Of a stretch of DNA of 64,000 nucleotides, positions 1 through 9,272 are shown in pieces. The notes beneath the pieces were generated by a model. It did not search any database, was not told the origin of the DNA, and saw nothing but the letters and a program-made list of their open reading frames with translations. Numbering within the stretch: the stretch's first letter is position 1; each line of letters starts with the position of its first letter. The stretch covers positions 1 to 64,000 of the forward strand of contig JAQBVF010000014.1 of assembly GCA_027623675.1 (NCBI GenBank), given 5' to 3'. Both the position numbers and the translations under genes were made by a program. The stretch comes from Chloroflexota bacterium (GTDB lineage Bacteria; Chloroflexota; Dehalococcoidia; Lucifugimonadales; UBA3495).

Positions 1-82
1 GGTCAAGGCCAGAAGATTGAGGGCCGGCTGGGATGAGGACTATCTTCTCAAGGTGTTATCCCTATGAGATGCGATTGCCCTG
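1..82 (+). mobile_element. Right end of an ISAs1-family insertion sequence (transposase C-terminus plus terminal inverted repeat), truncated by the window edge
   Basis: Frame 2..67 reads VKARRLRAGWDEDYLLKVLSL*, matching the typical ISAs1 transposase C-terminus (K/R-x-R-A-G-W-D-x-x-Y-L-L-K-V-L). It is followed at once by ATGCGATTGCCCTG (69-82), whose reverse complement starts CAGGGC as in ISAs1-type ends. Not in the ORF track. Confidence 0.8.
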
Positions 83-101
83 GGCGGGTTGGCCAAGCAA
101 A

Positions 102-130
102 TTGACGAGAAAATCCACTTGTGATAAAGT
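102..130 (+). promoter_or_regulatory. sigma70-type promoter of the fur-ABC operon
   Basis: TTGACG (102-107), 17-bp spacer, TAAAGT (125-130), with TG at 122-123 (extended -10). Confidence 0.6.
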
Positions 131-138
131 CAGATACT

Positions 139-159
139 AATAGATACCTGGTCTCATTA
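139..159. promoter_or_regulatory. Candidate Fur/Zur-family operator, copy 1
   Basis: AATAGATACC-T-GGTCTCATTA, an imperfect 10-1-10 palindrome sharing its pattern with 657-677 and 686-706; lies just downstream of the predicted -10. Confidence 0.55.
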
Positions 160-196
160 ATGGACAGACCCCAAGAGACAAACGCCGAAGGACCGG

Positions 197-640
197 ATGC
201 GCAAACGGGTAAACGCCCTGGCTGAACAATTGCTGGAAACCCTGGAAGAACAGGGTTACCGCTCAACTTCGCCCCGGCGGGCGGTGGCCCAGGCCATCGC
301 CAACCAAGACAAGCACTTCACCGCCGAAGACATTCGGGAGCAACTGCCAGCTCTGGGGCGGGCCACCATTTTCCGCTCGCTGAAGCTGCTGGTGGAGACG
401 GGCGTGCTCTGCCGCGTGCTGCTGGAAGACGGCGACCTCCACTACCAACTGAGCCACCGGGGCCACCATCACCATCTGCTTTGCGTGGAGTGTGGGTCGT
501 CCCAGGACCTTCTTGGCTGCGATATCGAGGAGTTGCTGCAACAGACCTCAGCCAGCCACGGGTTCCAACTCAGCGGCCACTGGTTGGAGGTCTATGGACG
601 CTGCCGATTGTGCAGCGCCCGAGAACTGGCGGCAGTCTAG
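197..640 (+). CDS. Fur-family transcriptional regulator (Zur-like)
   Basis: HFTAED, ATIFRSLKLL, HHHHLLCVEC and C-terminal CRLC motifs; heads a metal ABC operon. Confidence 0.93.
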   Translation: MRKRVNALAEQLLETLEEQGYRSTSPRRAVAQAIANQDKHFTAEDIREQLPALGRATIFRSLKLLVETGVLCRVLLEDGDLHYQLSHRGHHHHLLCVECGSSQDLLGCDIEELLQQTSASHGFQLSGHWLEVYGRCRLCSARELAAV

Positions 641-656
641 TCTCTTTTTTTAAACT

Positions 657-706
657 TATTGATACTTCATCTCAATACTGGAGCACATTGATACTTAGTC
701 TTATTT
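657..706. promoter_or_regulatory. Tandem candidate Fur/Zur-family operators, copies 2 and 3
   Basis: TATTGATACT-T-CATCTCAATA (657-677) and CATTGATACT-T-AGTCTTATTT (686-706) in an AT-rich spacer. Confidence 0.65.
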
Positions 707-1623
707 ACCAGGGGGCGGAGTGGCTAAAACACCGCGTCACCAGGGGTTCACGGCCGTTTCCGGCAGTTTTGTCATCACTCTTGATGGTCCCGATGTTGGC
801 CGTGGCCTGTGGCGGCGGACAGTCAACCGAGACCGCTGGGAACCCGTTGCCAGTGGTGACGACCACCACTCTGCTGGCCGACATGGTGAAGAATGTGGGC
901 GGCACATTGGTCGAGGTGACCGCTCTCGTGCCGCCGGGCACTGAGATACATTCCTTTCAGGGAACGCCGGCTGATAACGTGGCTGTCGGCGGGGGCGCAT
1001 TGGTGGTTTCCAATGGCGGCGAGTTGGACGGCTTCTTGGACCCGTTGATTCGAGGCTCGTTGTCCAGCGGCGCGGCGTGGGTGGTTGCCGCGGAGACGCT
1101 TCTGGCGACGGGAGAAACCGACCCTCATTTCTGGCAGAACCCGTTATTCTCCATCGTATACGCCGAGAGGATCCGGGACGGGCTGATCGCCGCCGACCCG
1201 GAGAATGCCGGCGTTTACAGCGCTAATTTCGCATCGTACAAAGTGGCGCTGATCAAGTTGGACTTCGACATCGCCAGCACCTTGGAAACGGTCCCTCCGG
1301 CTCGCCGCGAACTGATCACCTTCCACGACGCTTTTGGTCAATTTGGCCGGCGGTACGGTTGGAAAGTAACCGCTTTCGTGGCCAATGACGGCGGCGACGT
1401 ATCTCCCGGCCGGGTGGTTGAGATTCTGGAACAGGTCCGGAAACAAGGCATCCCGGCGGTCTTTGCCGAGCCCCAATTTCGGGCGGATATCTTGGAGAAC
1501 ACGGCCCAAGAAGCGGGCGTTGAGGTCGGCATCATCTATTCCGATGTGTTGGACGACGATGTGACCAGCTATATCGATATGATGCTATTCAACGCCAAGA
1601 ACCTGGCCAGGCTCCTCCGTTAA
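688..1623 (+). CDS. Zn/Mn ABC transporter substrate-binding lipoprotein (TroA/ZnuA family); start uncertain (688, 769 or 784)
   Basis: Lipobox LAVAC, VVTTTTLLAD, EIHSFQ, DPHFW, TFHDAF, AVFAEPQF. Confidence 0.9.
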   Translation: MILSLIYQGAEWLKHRVTRGSRPFPAVLSSLLMVPMLAVACGGGQSTETAGNPLPVVTTTTLLADMVKNVGGTLVEVTALVPPGTEIHSFQGTPADNVAVGGGALVVSNGGELDGFLDPLIRGSLSSGAAWVVAAETLLATGETDPHFWQNPLFSIVYAERIRDGLIAADPENAGVYSANFASYKVALIKLDFDIASTLETVPPARRELITFHDAFGQFGRRYGWKVTAFVANDGGDVSPGRVVEILEQVRKQGIPAVFAEPQFRADILENTAQEAGVEVGIIYSDVLDDDVTSYIDMMLFNAKNLARLLR

Positions 1624-1626
1624 CCC

Positions 1627-2466
1627 ATGGCCACCGAGACACAGCAACGTAACGACGCGAAACCCGTGTTGTCCGTCAACGGTCTGTGGGCCGGTTACGG
1701 CGGCAGGCCAGTCCTAGAAGGGGTCGACTTCGAGGTGGACCGGGGCGATATGGTTGGCATCATCGGGCCAAACGGCTCCGGCAAATCGACTCTGATCAAG
1801 ACGATCTTGGGACTGGTTAAACCGATGCGGGGCGGCGTTTCCATCACGGGCAGATCGGGCGCCCTAGAACGTCACCTGGTTGGCTACACGCCCCAGACCG
1901 AGCTGGTTGACTGGGATTTCCCGGTTACAGTGGCCGATGTGGCGCTGATGGGCCGCTACGCCCGCCGCGGCCTGTTTCACCGCACCACCAAGGCAGACCG
2001 CGACGCTGCCGACGCCGCCTTGGAGAGGGTCAAGATGCTGGACCTGCGGGACCGGCTCATCGGCGAGTTGTCAGGCGGCCAACGGCGGCGGGTGCTGTTG
2101 GCCCGTGCCATGGCCCACGATCCTGAGCTTTTGCTGCTGGATGAGCCGATGGCCGGACTGGACGCCACCGCCCAACATCAACTGCTGGACCTCCTGGACG
2201 AACTGCGCCGCGACGGCGCCACCGTCGTGCTGAGCACCCACGATCTTTCCTGCGTGTCGCAGCGCTGCGACAAGGCGGCCTGCCTGAACCGCCGGCTGAT
2301 CGCCTTCGGCAGGCCGTCTGAAGTGCTCACCGAGCAGGTGTTGGGAGACACCTTTGGCACCCACCTGCTCATGGTGCACCTGGACGGCCAGGCCTACGCC
2401 TACCAGCACCACACCCACGCCGGCGGACCCGGGACTCGCCCGGCAATGCCCAAGCTGAAAAAGTGA
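1627..2466 (+). CDS. Zn/Mn ABC transporter ATP-binding protein
   Basis: GPNGSGKS, YTPQ, VDWDFPVTV, LSGGQRRR, LLLDEP, THD. Confidence 0.95.
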   Translation: MATETQQRNDAKPVLSVNGLWAGYGGRPVLEGVDFEVDRGDMVGIIGPNGSGKSTLIKTILGLVKPMRGGVSITGRSGALERHLVGYTPQTELVDWDFPVTVADVALMGRYARRGLFHRTTKADRDAADAALERVKMLDLRDRLIGELSGGQRRRVLLARAMAHDPELLLLDEPMAGLDATAQHQLLDLLDELRRDGATVVLSTHDLSCVSQRCDKAACLNRRLIAFGRPSEVLTEQVLGDTFGTHLLMVHLDGQAYAYQHHTHAGGPGTRPAMPKLKK

Positions 2467-2473
2467 ACCGGCC

Positions 2474-3343
2474 ATGATTGACGCCTTCACCGAACCCTGG
2501 CAATTCGCCTTCATGCAGCGGGCCCTTCTGGCCGCGTCGTTCGCCGCCGTGGTCTGCTCAGTCGTCGGGGTATTCGTGGTGCTCCGGGGCATGGCCTTCA
2601 TGGGCGACGCCGTGGCCCACTCGTCACTGGCCGGGATGTCGGTGGCCTACTTCTTTGGCGGCAGCGTCTTCTGGGGGGCCTTCGCCTGGGCGGTGCCGGC
2701 GTCATTGGCCATCACCTTCATCAGCCGCCGTGCCAACCTGAGATTGGACACGGCCATCGGCATCATCTTCGCCAGCGGGTTCGCCGTGGGTATCATCCTG
2801 ATGAGCCAGGTCAGCAACTATACCGCCGACCTGTTCGGGCTGCTCTTCGGCAACGTGCTGGGCGTCTCCTGGGGCGAGGTCATCCTGGTCGGCCTGGTTG
2901 CCGGCGGTGTTTTGGTCTCAATCATCGCCCTGTACAAAGAATTGCTGTTCACCGCCTACGACGCCACCATGTCCGCGGCCTCGGGCATACCGGTGCGGTT
3001 CATCCAGTACCTACTGCCTCTCTTGGTCAGCGTCACCACGGTGGCCTCGCTAAAGGCCGTGGGCATCGTCCTGGTGCTGGCGCTGCTGGTAACCCCGGCC
3101 GCCACCGCCGCACTGCTGGCCCGGAGGATCCCCGGCATCATGGCCTACAGCGTGGTCACCGGCCTGGTTGCCACCGTGGCCGGCCTCTATCTCTCGTTCC
3201 ATGCCGACCTGCCCACCGGGCCGAGCATCGTCATTGTCGCCACGGGCCTGTTCCTGGCGGCGTTGTTATTCTCCCCCAGCAAGGGCTTAGTCTGGCAGGT
3301 CTGGAGAACAGTTCCACTCCCATCGGAAGGACCAGCCGCCTGA
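2474..3343 (+). CDS. Zn/Mn ABC transporter permease (ABC-3 family)
   Basis: FMQRAL, FMGDAVAH, LLFGNVLG, multiple hydrophobic helices. Confidence 0.95.
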   Translation: MIDAFTEPWQFAFMQRALLAASFAAVVCSVVGVFVVLRGMAFMGDAVAHSSLAGMSVAYFFGGSVFWGAFAWAVPASLAITFISRRANLRLDTAIGIIFASGFAVGIILMSQVSNYTADLFGLLFGNVLGVSWGEVILVGLVAGGVLVSIIALYKELLFTAYDATMSAASGIPVRFIQYLLPLLVSVTTVASLKAVGIVLVLALLVTPAATAALLARRIPGIMAYSVVTGLVATVAGLYLSFHADLPTGPSIVIVATGLFLAALLFSPSKGLVWQVWRTVPLPSEGPAA

Positions 3344-3361
3344 TAAAACTGGCGACTGGCA

Positions 3362-3400
3362 TGGCCCTTTGGCTTGGCCCTTTGGCTTGGCCCATTGGCA
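3362..3400. repeat. 13-bp tandem repeat x3 (TGGCCCTTTGGCT)
   Basis: tggccctttggct tggccctttggct tggcccattggca read directly. Confidence 0.85.
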
Positions 3401-3464
3401 CACCCCGCCCCCATTCGCTAAACTGCATTAGCTTTTCAAGCTTGATGATTCTGTGAGGATATTT

Positions 3465-4313
3465 ATGTACGACCTGAGCGGAAAGACCGCCCTGGTGACC
3501 GGAGCCGGCGGCCGGCACGGCATCGGCCGGAGCATCGCCGTGCGATTGGCGTCCGAAGGCGCCGACGTTATCGTGACCGACGTGGAAGCCAGCCTCGAGG
3601 CGATACGCGCGGATGACCGGGCGGCCGGCTGGGCGGGGCTGCCCAGCGTGGTGGAGGAGATCGAGTCCCACGGGCGGCAGGCGCTGGGTCTGTTCTCCGA
3701 CGTTTCAGACGGCGCCCAGGTGGCCGATATGGTCGCCAAGGCGTTGGACCAGTTCGGCAAGATCGACATCCTGGTGAATAACGCCGGTTCCAGGCCCGGC
3801 AAGGACCGGGTGCCGGTGCTGGAACTGGAGGAAGAGGCGTTCGACGAGGTCCAGCGGGTCAACGTCCGGGGCACCTACCTGGTCTCCCGCGCCGTTGCCA
3901 CCCACATGGTCAACCGGGGCGGCGGGGGCAAGATAATCAACATTTCGTCGGGCGCCGGCAAGAAGGGGATCGCCCGCTACGCCGCCTACTGCGCCTCCAA
4001 GTTCGCGGTTATCGGCTTCACCCAGGCCATGGCCCAGGAGATGGCGGTCAACAAGATCAACGTCAACGCCATCTGCCCCGGACTGGTGGACACCGAGCGT
4101 GTGGACTTTATCGCCGGAGCCCTGGCCCCGGAGGGTGAATCGTCTGAGGAATTCCGGGCCGACATGGTGCGGGAGCGGGCGTTCCGCGTGCCCATGGGCC
4201 GCATCGCCCAGGGCGACGACATCGCCAGGCTGGCGGCGTTCCTGGCATCCGCCGAGTCCGATTACATGACCGGCCTTAGCATCAGCGTGTCCGGCGGCTC
4301 GGAGATGAACTAG
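3465..4313 (+). CDS. SDR-family NAD(P)-dependent oxidoreductase
   Basis: TGAGGRHGIG, NNAG, YCASK, NAICPG; RBS GAGGA before ATG 3465. Confidence 0.93.
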   Translation: MYDLSGKTALVTGAGGRHGIGRSIAVRLASEGADVIVTDVEASLEAIRADDRAAGWAGLPSVVEEIESHGRQALGLFSDVSDGAQVADMVAKALDQFGKIDILVNNAGSRPGKDRVPVLELEEEAFDEVQRVNVRGTYLVSRAVATHMVNRGGGGKIINISSGAGKKGIARYAAYCASKFAVIGFTQAMAQEMAVNKINVNAICPGLVDTERVDFIAGALAPEGESSEEFRADMVRERAFRVPMGRIAQGDDIARLAAFLASAESDYMTGLSISVSGGSEMN

Positions 4314-4360
4314 ACAGCCCTGGCGGAGCAACCAGCGGCCCTAACGAGTTTTCAAGCTGA

Positions 4361-5668
4361 CTAATCCCCGGGCGAAACCGCCTCGGCTTGCGCCCTGATG
4401 GGGAGCCGGGGCGGCCGGGCCAGGTACATGAGCACAGCCGATAGCAGGTAGGCCGCCATCATACCCACGTACAGCGCCAGGTACCCCCCGGTGGCGAGCT
4501 TGACTGTCGAAGCCAGCGCCGGCCCGGTGCCCAGGGCGATCATCTGCAGCGGCGAGAATATGCCCAGGATGGTGCCGTAGGAGTTCCGGCCGAAATACTC
4601 AGCCAGGACCATGTTCTCCAACGAACCCAGCCCACCGGAGAACACCCCCCAAACCACGGCGAACAACAGCGCCATCCAGATGCCGTTGGCCCCGATCAAG
4701 AACGCCATCATCACCCCGGAGCCGATCATCATGATCATCAGGCAGCGGCGGGGCGTGATGCGGTCGGCCAAGTAACCCCACACCAGGTTGGCCACTGCCA
4801 AGAACGTGCCCAAGCTCAAAACGCCTGCCGCCGCCGCCGTGGACAGGCCGGCATCTTCCACCAGATAGGGCACCAAGCTGAAGCTGGTGGCGCTGGAACC
4901 CATGGTCCCCAGGCAGGCGATAATCACCAACAACCAGAAGGCCCGGGTCTTGACCGCTTCTTTGGCCGTCCAACTGAATTCCGGAGTCAGGGACTGGGGT
5001 CTGCCTCCCGCGGTGGCCGCCTCCGCCTGTTCCGGGCTGGCCCCGTCGGGCAGCAGGCCGATATCCTCGGGCCGCCTCCTCATGAAGATGACCACGGGCA
5101 GGATCAGGATCAAGCTCAACACGCCCAGATACCGGTATGCCGCCCGGTAACCCTGGTGGATGGCGATCAACGAGATTATCTGGATGTTGATGGCCCCGGC
5201 CGCGGGACGGAACACCGAGACCAACGCCAGCGCCATGTTGCGCCGCCGCCTGAAGAAGTTGACCGCCGCCGTGCGGGGAACCAAGCCAACGAGGACCGGA
5301 TTACTGACGGCACGGCCGATGACGTATCCGGCGTAGAACTGCCACACCGAGTTCGCGCCGGCGATGACAAAGAATGAGGCGCCGGCGACGATGAGCCCGA
5401 ACGGCATGAGCCACCGCGGCCCGAACCGGTCGGCGAGGCGTCCGATGAGCGGCGCAATCATCCCCGAAAGCCAGGTGCCGAGAGAGGCGGCGAAGGCCAA
5501 GCTGCCTTCCTCCCACCCGGTCTCGTCGGTGATGTAGACTTGAATGCCGCCCAGCACCACCTGGGTCAGCCCGCTGGCGGCGAAGGTGGCCAAAGAGGTG
5601 ATCGCCAGCACCAACCAGCCGTAATAGAAAGGCGTTCGCAAACGCCAGTTAAATAAAGATCTGAACAT
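4361..5668 (-). CDS. MFS transporter
   Basis: FYYGW, GRLADRFGPR, WGYLADR, AEYFGR, about 12 hydrophobic segments. Confidence 0.9.
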   Translation of the reverse strand: MFRSLFNWRLRTPFYYGWLVLAITSLATFAASGLTQVVLGGIQVYITDETGWEEGSLAFAASLGTWLSGMIAPLIGRLADRFGPRWLMPFGLIVAGASFFVIAGANSVWQFYAGYVIGRAVSNPVLVGLVPRTAAVNFFRRRRNMALALVSVFRPAAGAINIQIISLIAIHQGYRAAYRYLGVLSLILILPVVIFMRRRPEDIGLLPDGASPEQAEAATAGGRPQSLTPEFSWTAKEAVKTRAFWLLVIIACLGTMGSSATSFSLVPYLVEDAGLSTAAAAGVLSLGTFLAVANLVWGYLADRITPRRCLMIMMIGSGVMMAFLIGANGIWMALLFAVVWGVFSGGLGSLENMVLAEYFGRNSYGTILGIFSPLQMIALGTGPALASTVKLATGGYLALYVGMMAAYLLSAVLMYLARPPRLPIRAQAEAVSPGD

Positions 5669-5905
5669 CGGCCTTGAAGAATCTGGGAGCCTACAGACGG
5701 GATACCCGCCCGTACCTGCCGGAGGAATCGTCCCATGATACAGCAACAGGCGGTCGATAACCGCGCGAATCTGATGCCATATTGATGGCGTGCTATATTC
5801 GTCCGCCGCCGTTCGACCGCTGACTATGGTGCCCCCGCCTCAAGTGATAAGTTTATAGGGGACACTGCGAACCGCGTGAGATCGAAGTTGTAGACGCCCG
5901 AGCAT

Positions 5906-7036
5906 ATGCACCAACACAACGACCCAACATCAATCAATCCCAAAGGCAATCCCAAAGGCAATCCCAAAGGCAATCCCAAAGGCAATCCCAAAGGCAATCC
6001 CAAAGGCTATCCCAAAGGCTATGGGCACAGCCACGGGGCGATCAATGGCCAGGTGATATCCAGCGAGCGTGGCATCTGGGCTACCAAGGTATCCCTGGCG
6101 GCGCTCACCGCCACGGCCGTCGCCCAATTGGTGGTCTTTGCCTTTACCGGCAGCGTGGCGCTGCTGGCCGACACCATCCACAACCTTGGCGACGCCGCCA
6201 CCGCTCTCCCCCTTTGGGCCGCGTTTACCCTGTCCCGCCGGCCGCCCACCAAGCGGTTCAACTACGGCTACGGCCGGGCCGAAGACCTGGCCGGCCTCCT
6301 GATCGTTCTGGTTATCCTGGCCTCCGGCATCCTCGCTGCCTACCAGTCCGTGGTCCGGCTCAGCGACCCTCCCGAGATCGAATTCATCTGGGTCGTGGCC
6401 GTGGCCTCCCTGATCGGGTTCGCCGGCAACGAAGCGGTGGCGTTATTCCGGATCAAGGTGGGGAAAGAGATCGGCAGCGCGGCGTTGATTGCCGACGGCC
6501 ACCACGCCAGGGCCGATGGGCTGACCAGCCTGGCGGTCTTGTTCGGGGCCATCGGGGTTTGGCTGGGGTATCCATTGGCCGACCCGTTGGTTGGGCTGGT
6601 GATATCCGTCGCCATTTTGCGTATAGTTGTTGAGACTTCCAAGTCGGTCTTCTCCCGGCTGCTCGACGGCGTCGAGCCCGAGGTGCCCGATGAAGTCCGG
6701 AGCGTGGCCGCCGAAACGGACGGAGTGCAACAAGTGGCCGAGGTCCGGGTGCGCTGGCTGGGCCACAAGATGTTGGCGGAAGTGAATATCGCGGTCGATC
6801 CCAAGCTTTCCGTCGAGGCGGGCCACTCCATCGCCGAGAACGTGCACCACGATCTGCTCCATCACCTGAAATATCTGTCCAACGCCACGGTGCACGTCGA
6901 CCCGGTGGGACTGGCTGGCGAAGAGCATCACCGGCACGGACCAGGCAATACCGAACACGAATCGGAACATGAACAAGCGCTGGAACAAGCGCCTGCCGAC
7001 TCGCACGAACGCGAGCACGGTCACGCCCACGATTAA
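5906..7036 (+). CDS. Cation diffusion facilitator (CDF) metal exporter with His-rich termini
   Basis: GSVALLADTIHNLGD, FNYGYGRAEDL, SAALIADGHHARAD, ADPLVG, VHVDP; His/Glu-rich tail. Confidence 0.93.
   Translation: MHQHNDPTSINPKGNPKGNPKGNPKGNPKGNPKGYPKGYGHSHGAINGQVISSERGIWATKVSLAALTATAVAQLVVFAFTGSVALLADTIHNLGDAATALPLWAAFTLSRRPPTKRFNYGYGRAEDLAGLLIVLVILASGILAAYQSVVRLSDPPEIEFIWVVAVASLIGFAGNEAVALFRIKVGKEIGSAALIADGHHARADGLTSLAVLFGAIGVWLGYPLADPLVGLVISVAILRIVVETSKSVFSRLLDGVEPEVPDEVRSVAAETDGVQQVAEVRVRWLGHKMLAEVNIAVDPKLSVEAGHSIAENVHHDLLHHLKYLSNATVHVDPVGLAGEEHHRHGPGNTEHESEHEQALEQAPADSHEREHGHAHD
5936..6022 (+). repeat. In-frame 12-bp tandem repeat (AATCCCAAAGGC x6 plus a TATCCCAAAGGC variant) encoding (NPKG)6-YPKG
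   Basis: Read directly in both sequence and translation. Confidence 0.95.
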
Positions 7037-7068
7037 TCAAACGCCCTAGATCGACACGAGGTCCAAGC

Positions 7069-7359
7069 ATGCCCCTAGACCGGTCCGAAGTGGAATACAT
7101 CGCCTCGCTGGCCCGCATCGCGCTCACCGAAGACGAGATCGAGCTGTTTGGCCGCCAGCTTTCCAATATCCTGGAGCAATTTGAGGTGCTGAACGAGTTG
7201 GATACCTCAGGCGTTGCGCCCACGGGCCACGCCAGCGGACTCCAGACCGTGATGCGCGAAGACCTGGCCACGGACTCGCTGGACTCGGAAGACGTGCTGA
7301 AAAATGCGCCGCGCCGTGAGGGCGAGTTCTTCCGGGTCAACGCGGTGCTGGAGGAATAG
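7069..7359 (+). CDS. gatC: Asp/Glu-tRNA amidotransferase subunit C
   Basis: YIASLARI, ELDTSGVAPT, MRED, NAP..GEFFRV; directly upstream of gatA. Confidence 0.93.
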   Translation: MPLDRSEVEYIASLARIALTEDEIELFGRQLSNILEQFEVLNELDTSGVAPTGHASGLQTVMREDLATDSLDSEDVLKNAPRREGEFFRVNAVLEE

Positions 7360-7363
7360 GGCG

Positions 7364-8827
7364 GTGGCCGAACTCAACTGGCTCAGCATCCAGGAAGCCC
7401 ACGCCCGATTGACATCACGGAAGATTAGTTCGGTGGAACTCACCCAGTCCTGTTTGGACCGCATCGACGCCGTTGAAGACCAGGTCCAGTCATTCCTGGC
7501 CCTGACCCCGGAGATTGCTCTGGCCCAGGCGGCCGAAGCCGACCGCATGCTGGCCGCCGGGGAAGGCGGTCCCTTGACCGGGATCCCGATGCAGATCAAG
7601 GATGTCATTTCCACCATGGGCGTGCCCACCACCTGCGCGTCCCGCATGTTGGAGGATTACGTACCGGTCTACAACGCCACGGTGGTTGAGCGGTTGTTCG
7701 GACAGGGCGCGGTACTCCTCGGCAAGGGAAACATGGACGAGTTCGCCATGGGCTCGTCTTGCGAGAATTCGGCTTTCCACCCCACCCGCAACCCCTGGGA
7801 CCTGGGCCGGGTGCCAGGCGGCAGCAGTGGCGGCGCGGCGGCTTCGGTGGCGGCCGGCGAAACGGTCTACTCGCTGGGCTCCGACACCGGCGGCAGCGTC
7901 AGGCAGCCGGCGTCACTCTGCGGCGTGGTGGGACTGAAGCCGACCTACGGTCTGGTCAGCCGGTTCGGGCTGATCGCATTCGCTTCATCGCTGGACCAGA
8001 TCGGCCCGGTCACCCGGAGCGTGGCCGACTGCGCCACCGTGCTTAACGGCATCGCCGGACACGACCCCCGTGACGCGACCTCGGTAGCCCAGGGCCCCAA
8101 AGATTACACCGCCACTCTGGGCCAGGACATCAAGGGCCTGCGCCTGGGCGTGCCGGAAGAGTATTTCGTGGCCGGCATGGAGCCTGGCATTCGGAAAGCC
8201 ATCGACGAGGCAGTGGCGGCGCTGGAGGGACTGGGCGCGTCGGTCCGGCCCGTGTCCCTGCCCACCACCCGTTACGCTTTGGCCTGCTACTACATCATCG
8301 CGCCCTCAGAATGCTCGGCCAACCTGGCCCGCTACGACGGCGTGAAGTACGGCTACTCTTACCAGGACACCGACGACATGTGGGAGGCCATGGAACGCAC
8401 CCGCGAGTATGGCTTCGGTCCGGAGGTCACCCGCCGCGTGATGCTGGGCACCTATGCCCTGTCCAGCGGCTATTACGACGCTTATTACCTGAAGGCCCAG
8501 CAAGCCAGAACGCTGATCCGGCAGGACTTCGACCGTGTTTTCGAAGAGGTGGACGCGCTGGTGACGCCGACATCTCCGATCACGGCGTTCAAACTGGGTG
8601 AGATGACCGGCGACCCGGTTCAGATGTATCTGATCGACGTTTGCACGCTGCCGGTGAACATCGCCGGACTGCCCGGCCTGTCGGTGCCCTGCGGCTTCTC
8701 AGACGGGCTGCCGGTGGGGATGCAGCTCATAGGACCACAATTCTCTGAGGAAACTCTGCTCCGGACGGCCCACGCCTACGAGTCGGCTACCAAGTGGTCC
8801 GAGGCACGGGCCGTTATCAAAGAATGA
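7364..8827 (+). CDS. gatA: Asp/Glu-tRNA amidotransferase subunit A
   Basis: GKGNMDEFAMGSS, PGGSSGG, GSDTGGSVRQP, NLARYDGVKYG, GYYDAYY. Confidence 0.97.
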   Translation: MAELNWLSIQEAHARLTSRKISSVELTQSCLDRIDAVEDQVQSFLALTPEIALAQAAEADRMLAAGEGGPLTGIPMQIKDVISTMGVPTTCASRMLEDYVPVYNATVVERLFGQGAVLLGKGNMDEFAMGSSCENSAFHPTRNPWDLGRVPGGSSGGAAASVAAGETVYSLGSDTGGSVRQPASLCGVVGLKPTYGLVSRFGLIAFASSLDQIGPVTRSVADCATVLNGIAGHDPRDATSVAQGPKDYTATLGQDIKGLRLGVPEEYFVAGMEPGIRKAIDEAVAALEGLGASVRPVSLPTTRYALACYYIIAPSECSANLARYDGVKYGYSYQDTDDMWEAMERTREYGFGPEVTRRVMLGTYALSSGYYDAYYLKAQQARTLIRQDFDRVFEEVDALVTPTSPITAFKLGEMTGDPVQMYLIDVCTLPVNIAGLPGLSVPCGFSDGLPVGMQLIGPQFSEETLLRTAHAYESATKWSEARAVIKE

Positions 8828-8873
8828 CCGGCCACCGATCGCAGCGAAGCAGGGGCAAGCTCTGATCCGGCAT

Positions 8874-8922
8874 AAAAAGAGACCCCGGTGGAGATCCCAT
8901 CAAGAGATTCCGCCGGGGCCTC
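8874..8922 (-). terminator. Rho-independent terminator for the minus-strand small ORF (may also stop gatA)
   Basis: Stem GAGACCCCGGTGGA / TCCGCCGGGGCCTC with an A-tract on the left (U-tract on the minus strand). Confidence 0.7.
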
Positions 8923-8943
8923 GTATCCGCTCCGCCTTGGCTT

Positions 8944-9138
8944 CTAAAGACGGAACATCATCCATTCGGTCTGGTTATACTTGTAGTCGGCGTACTTGTC
9001 CGCCAACCCCTGGGCGGAAACCAAGAAACGGGAGAAGCCCGATATGATGCCTTCATTCTCCTGGGTCCCTGCCTGAGAGTGGCGATCGTTGCGCCCCCCG
9101 AGGTTGATGTGAGCCTTGCCGATGCCTAATGTTGCCAT
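8944..9138 (-). CDS. Small hypothetical protein (64 aa)
   Basis: RBS GAAGGA before ATG, own promoter (9273-9301) and downstream terminator; no recognisable domain. Confidence 0.65.
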   Translation of the reverse strand: MATLGIGKAHINLGGRNDRHSQAGTQENEGIISGFSRFLVSAQGLADKYADYKYNQTEWMMFRL

Positions 9139-9272
9139 TTGTCCTTCACGGTCCTAAAAAGATGGACTGCTATCTGAGTCGGGCCGCTTCCGTGCTGGAT
9201 AGGTCGTCCTTTTGCCGGCGCCCGATTTACCTGCCATGGATCCGTCCGGCTGAATAGCAAGCCGCTAACTAA

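Noticed and set aside
5936..6022. Possible CRISPR array
   Set aside because: Units are contiguous 12-mers without spacers, lie inside a CDS, and no cas genes are in the window
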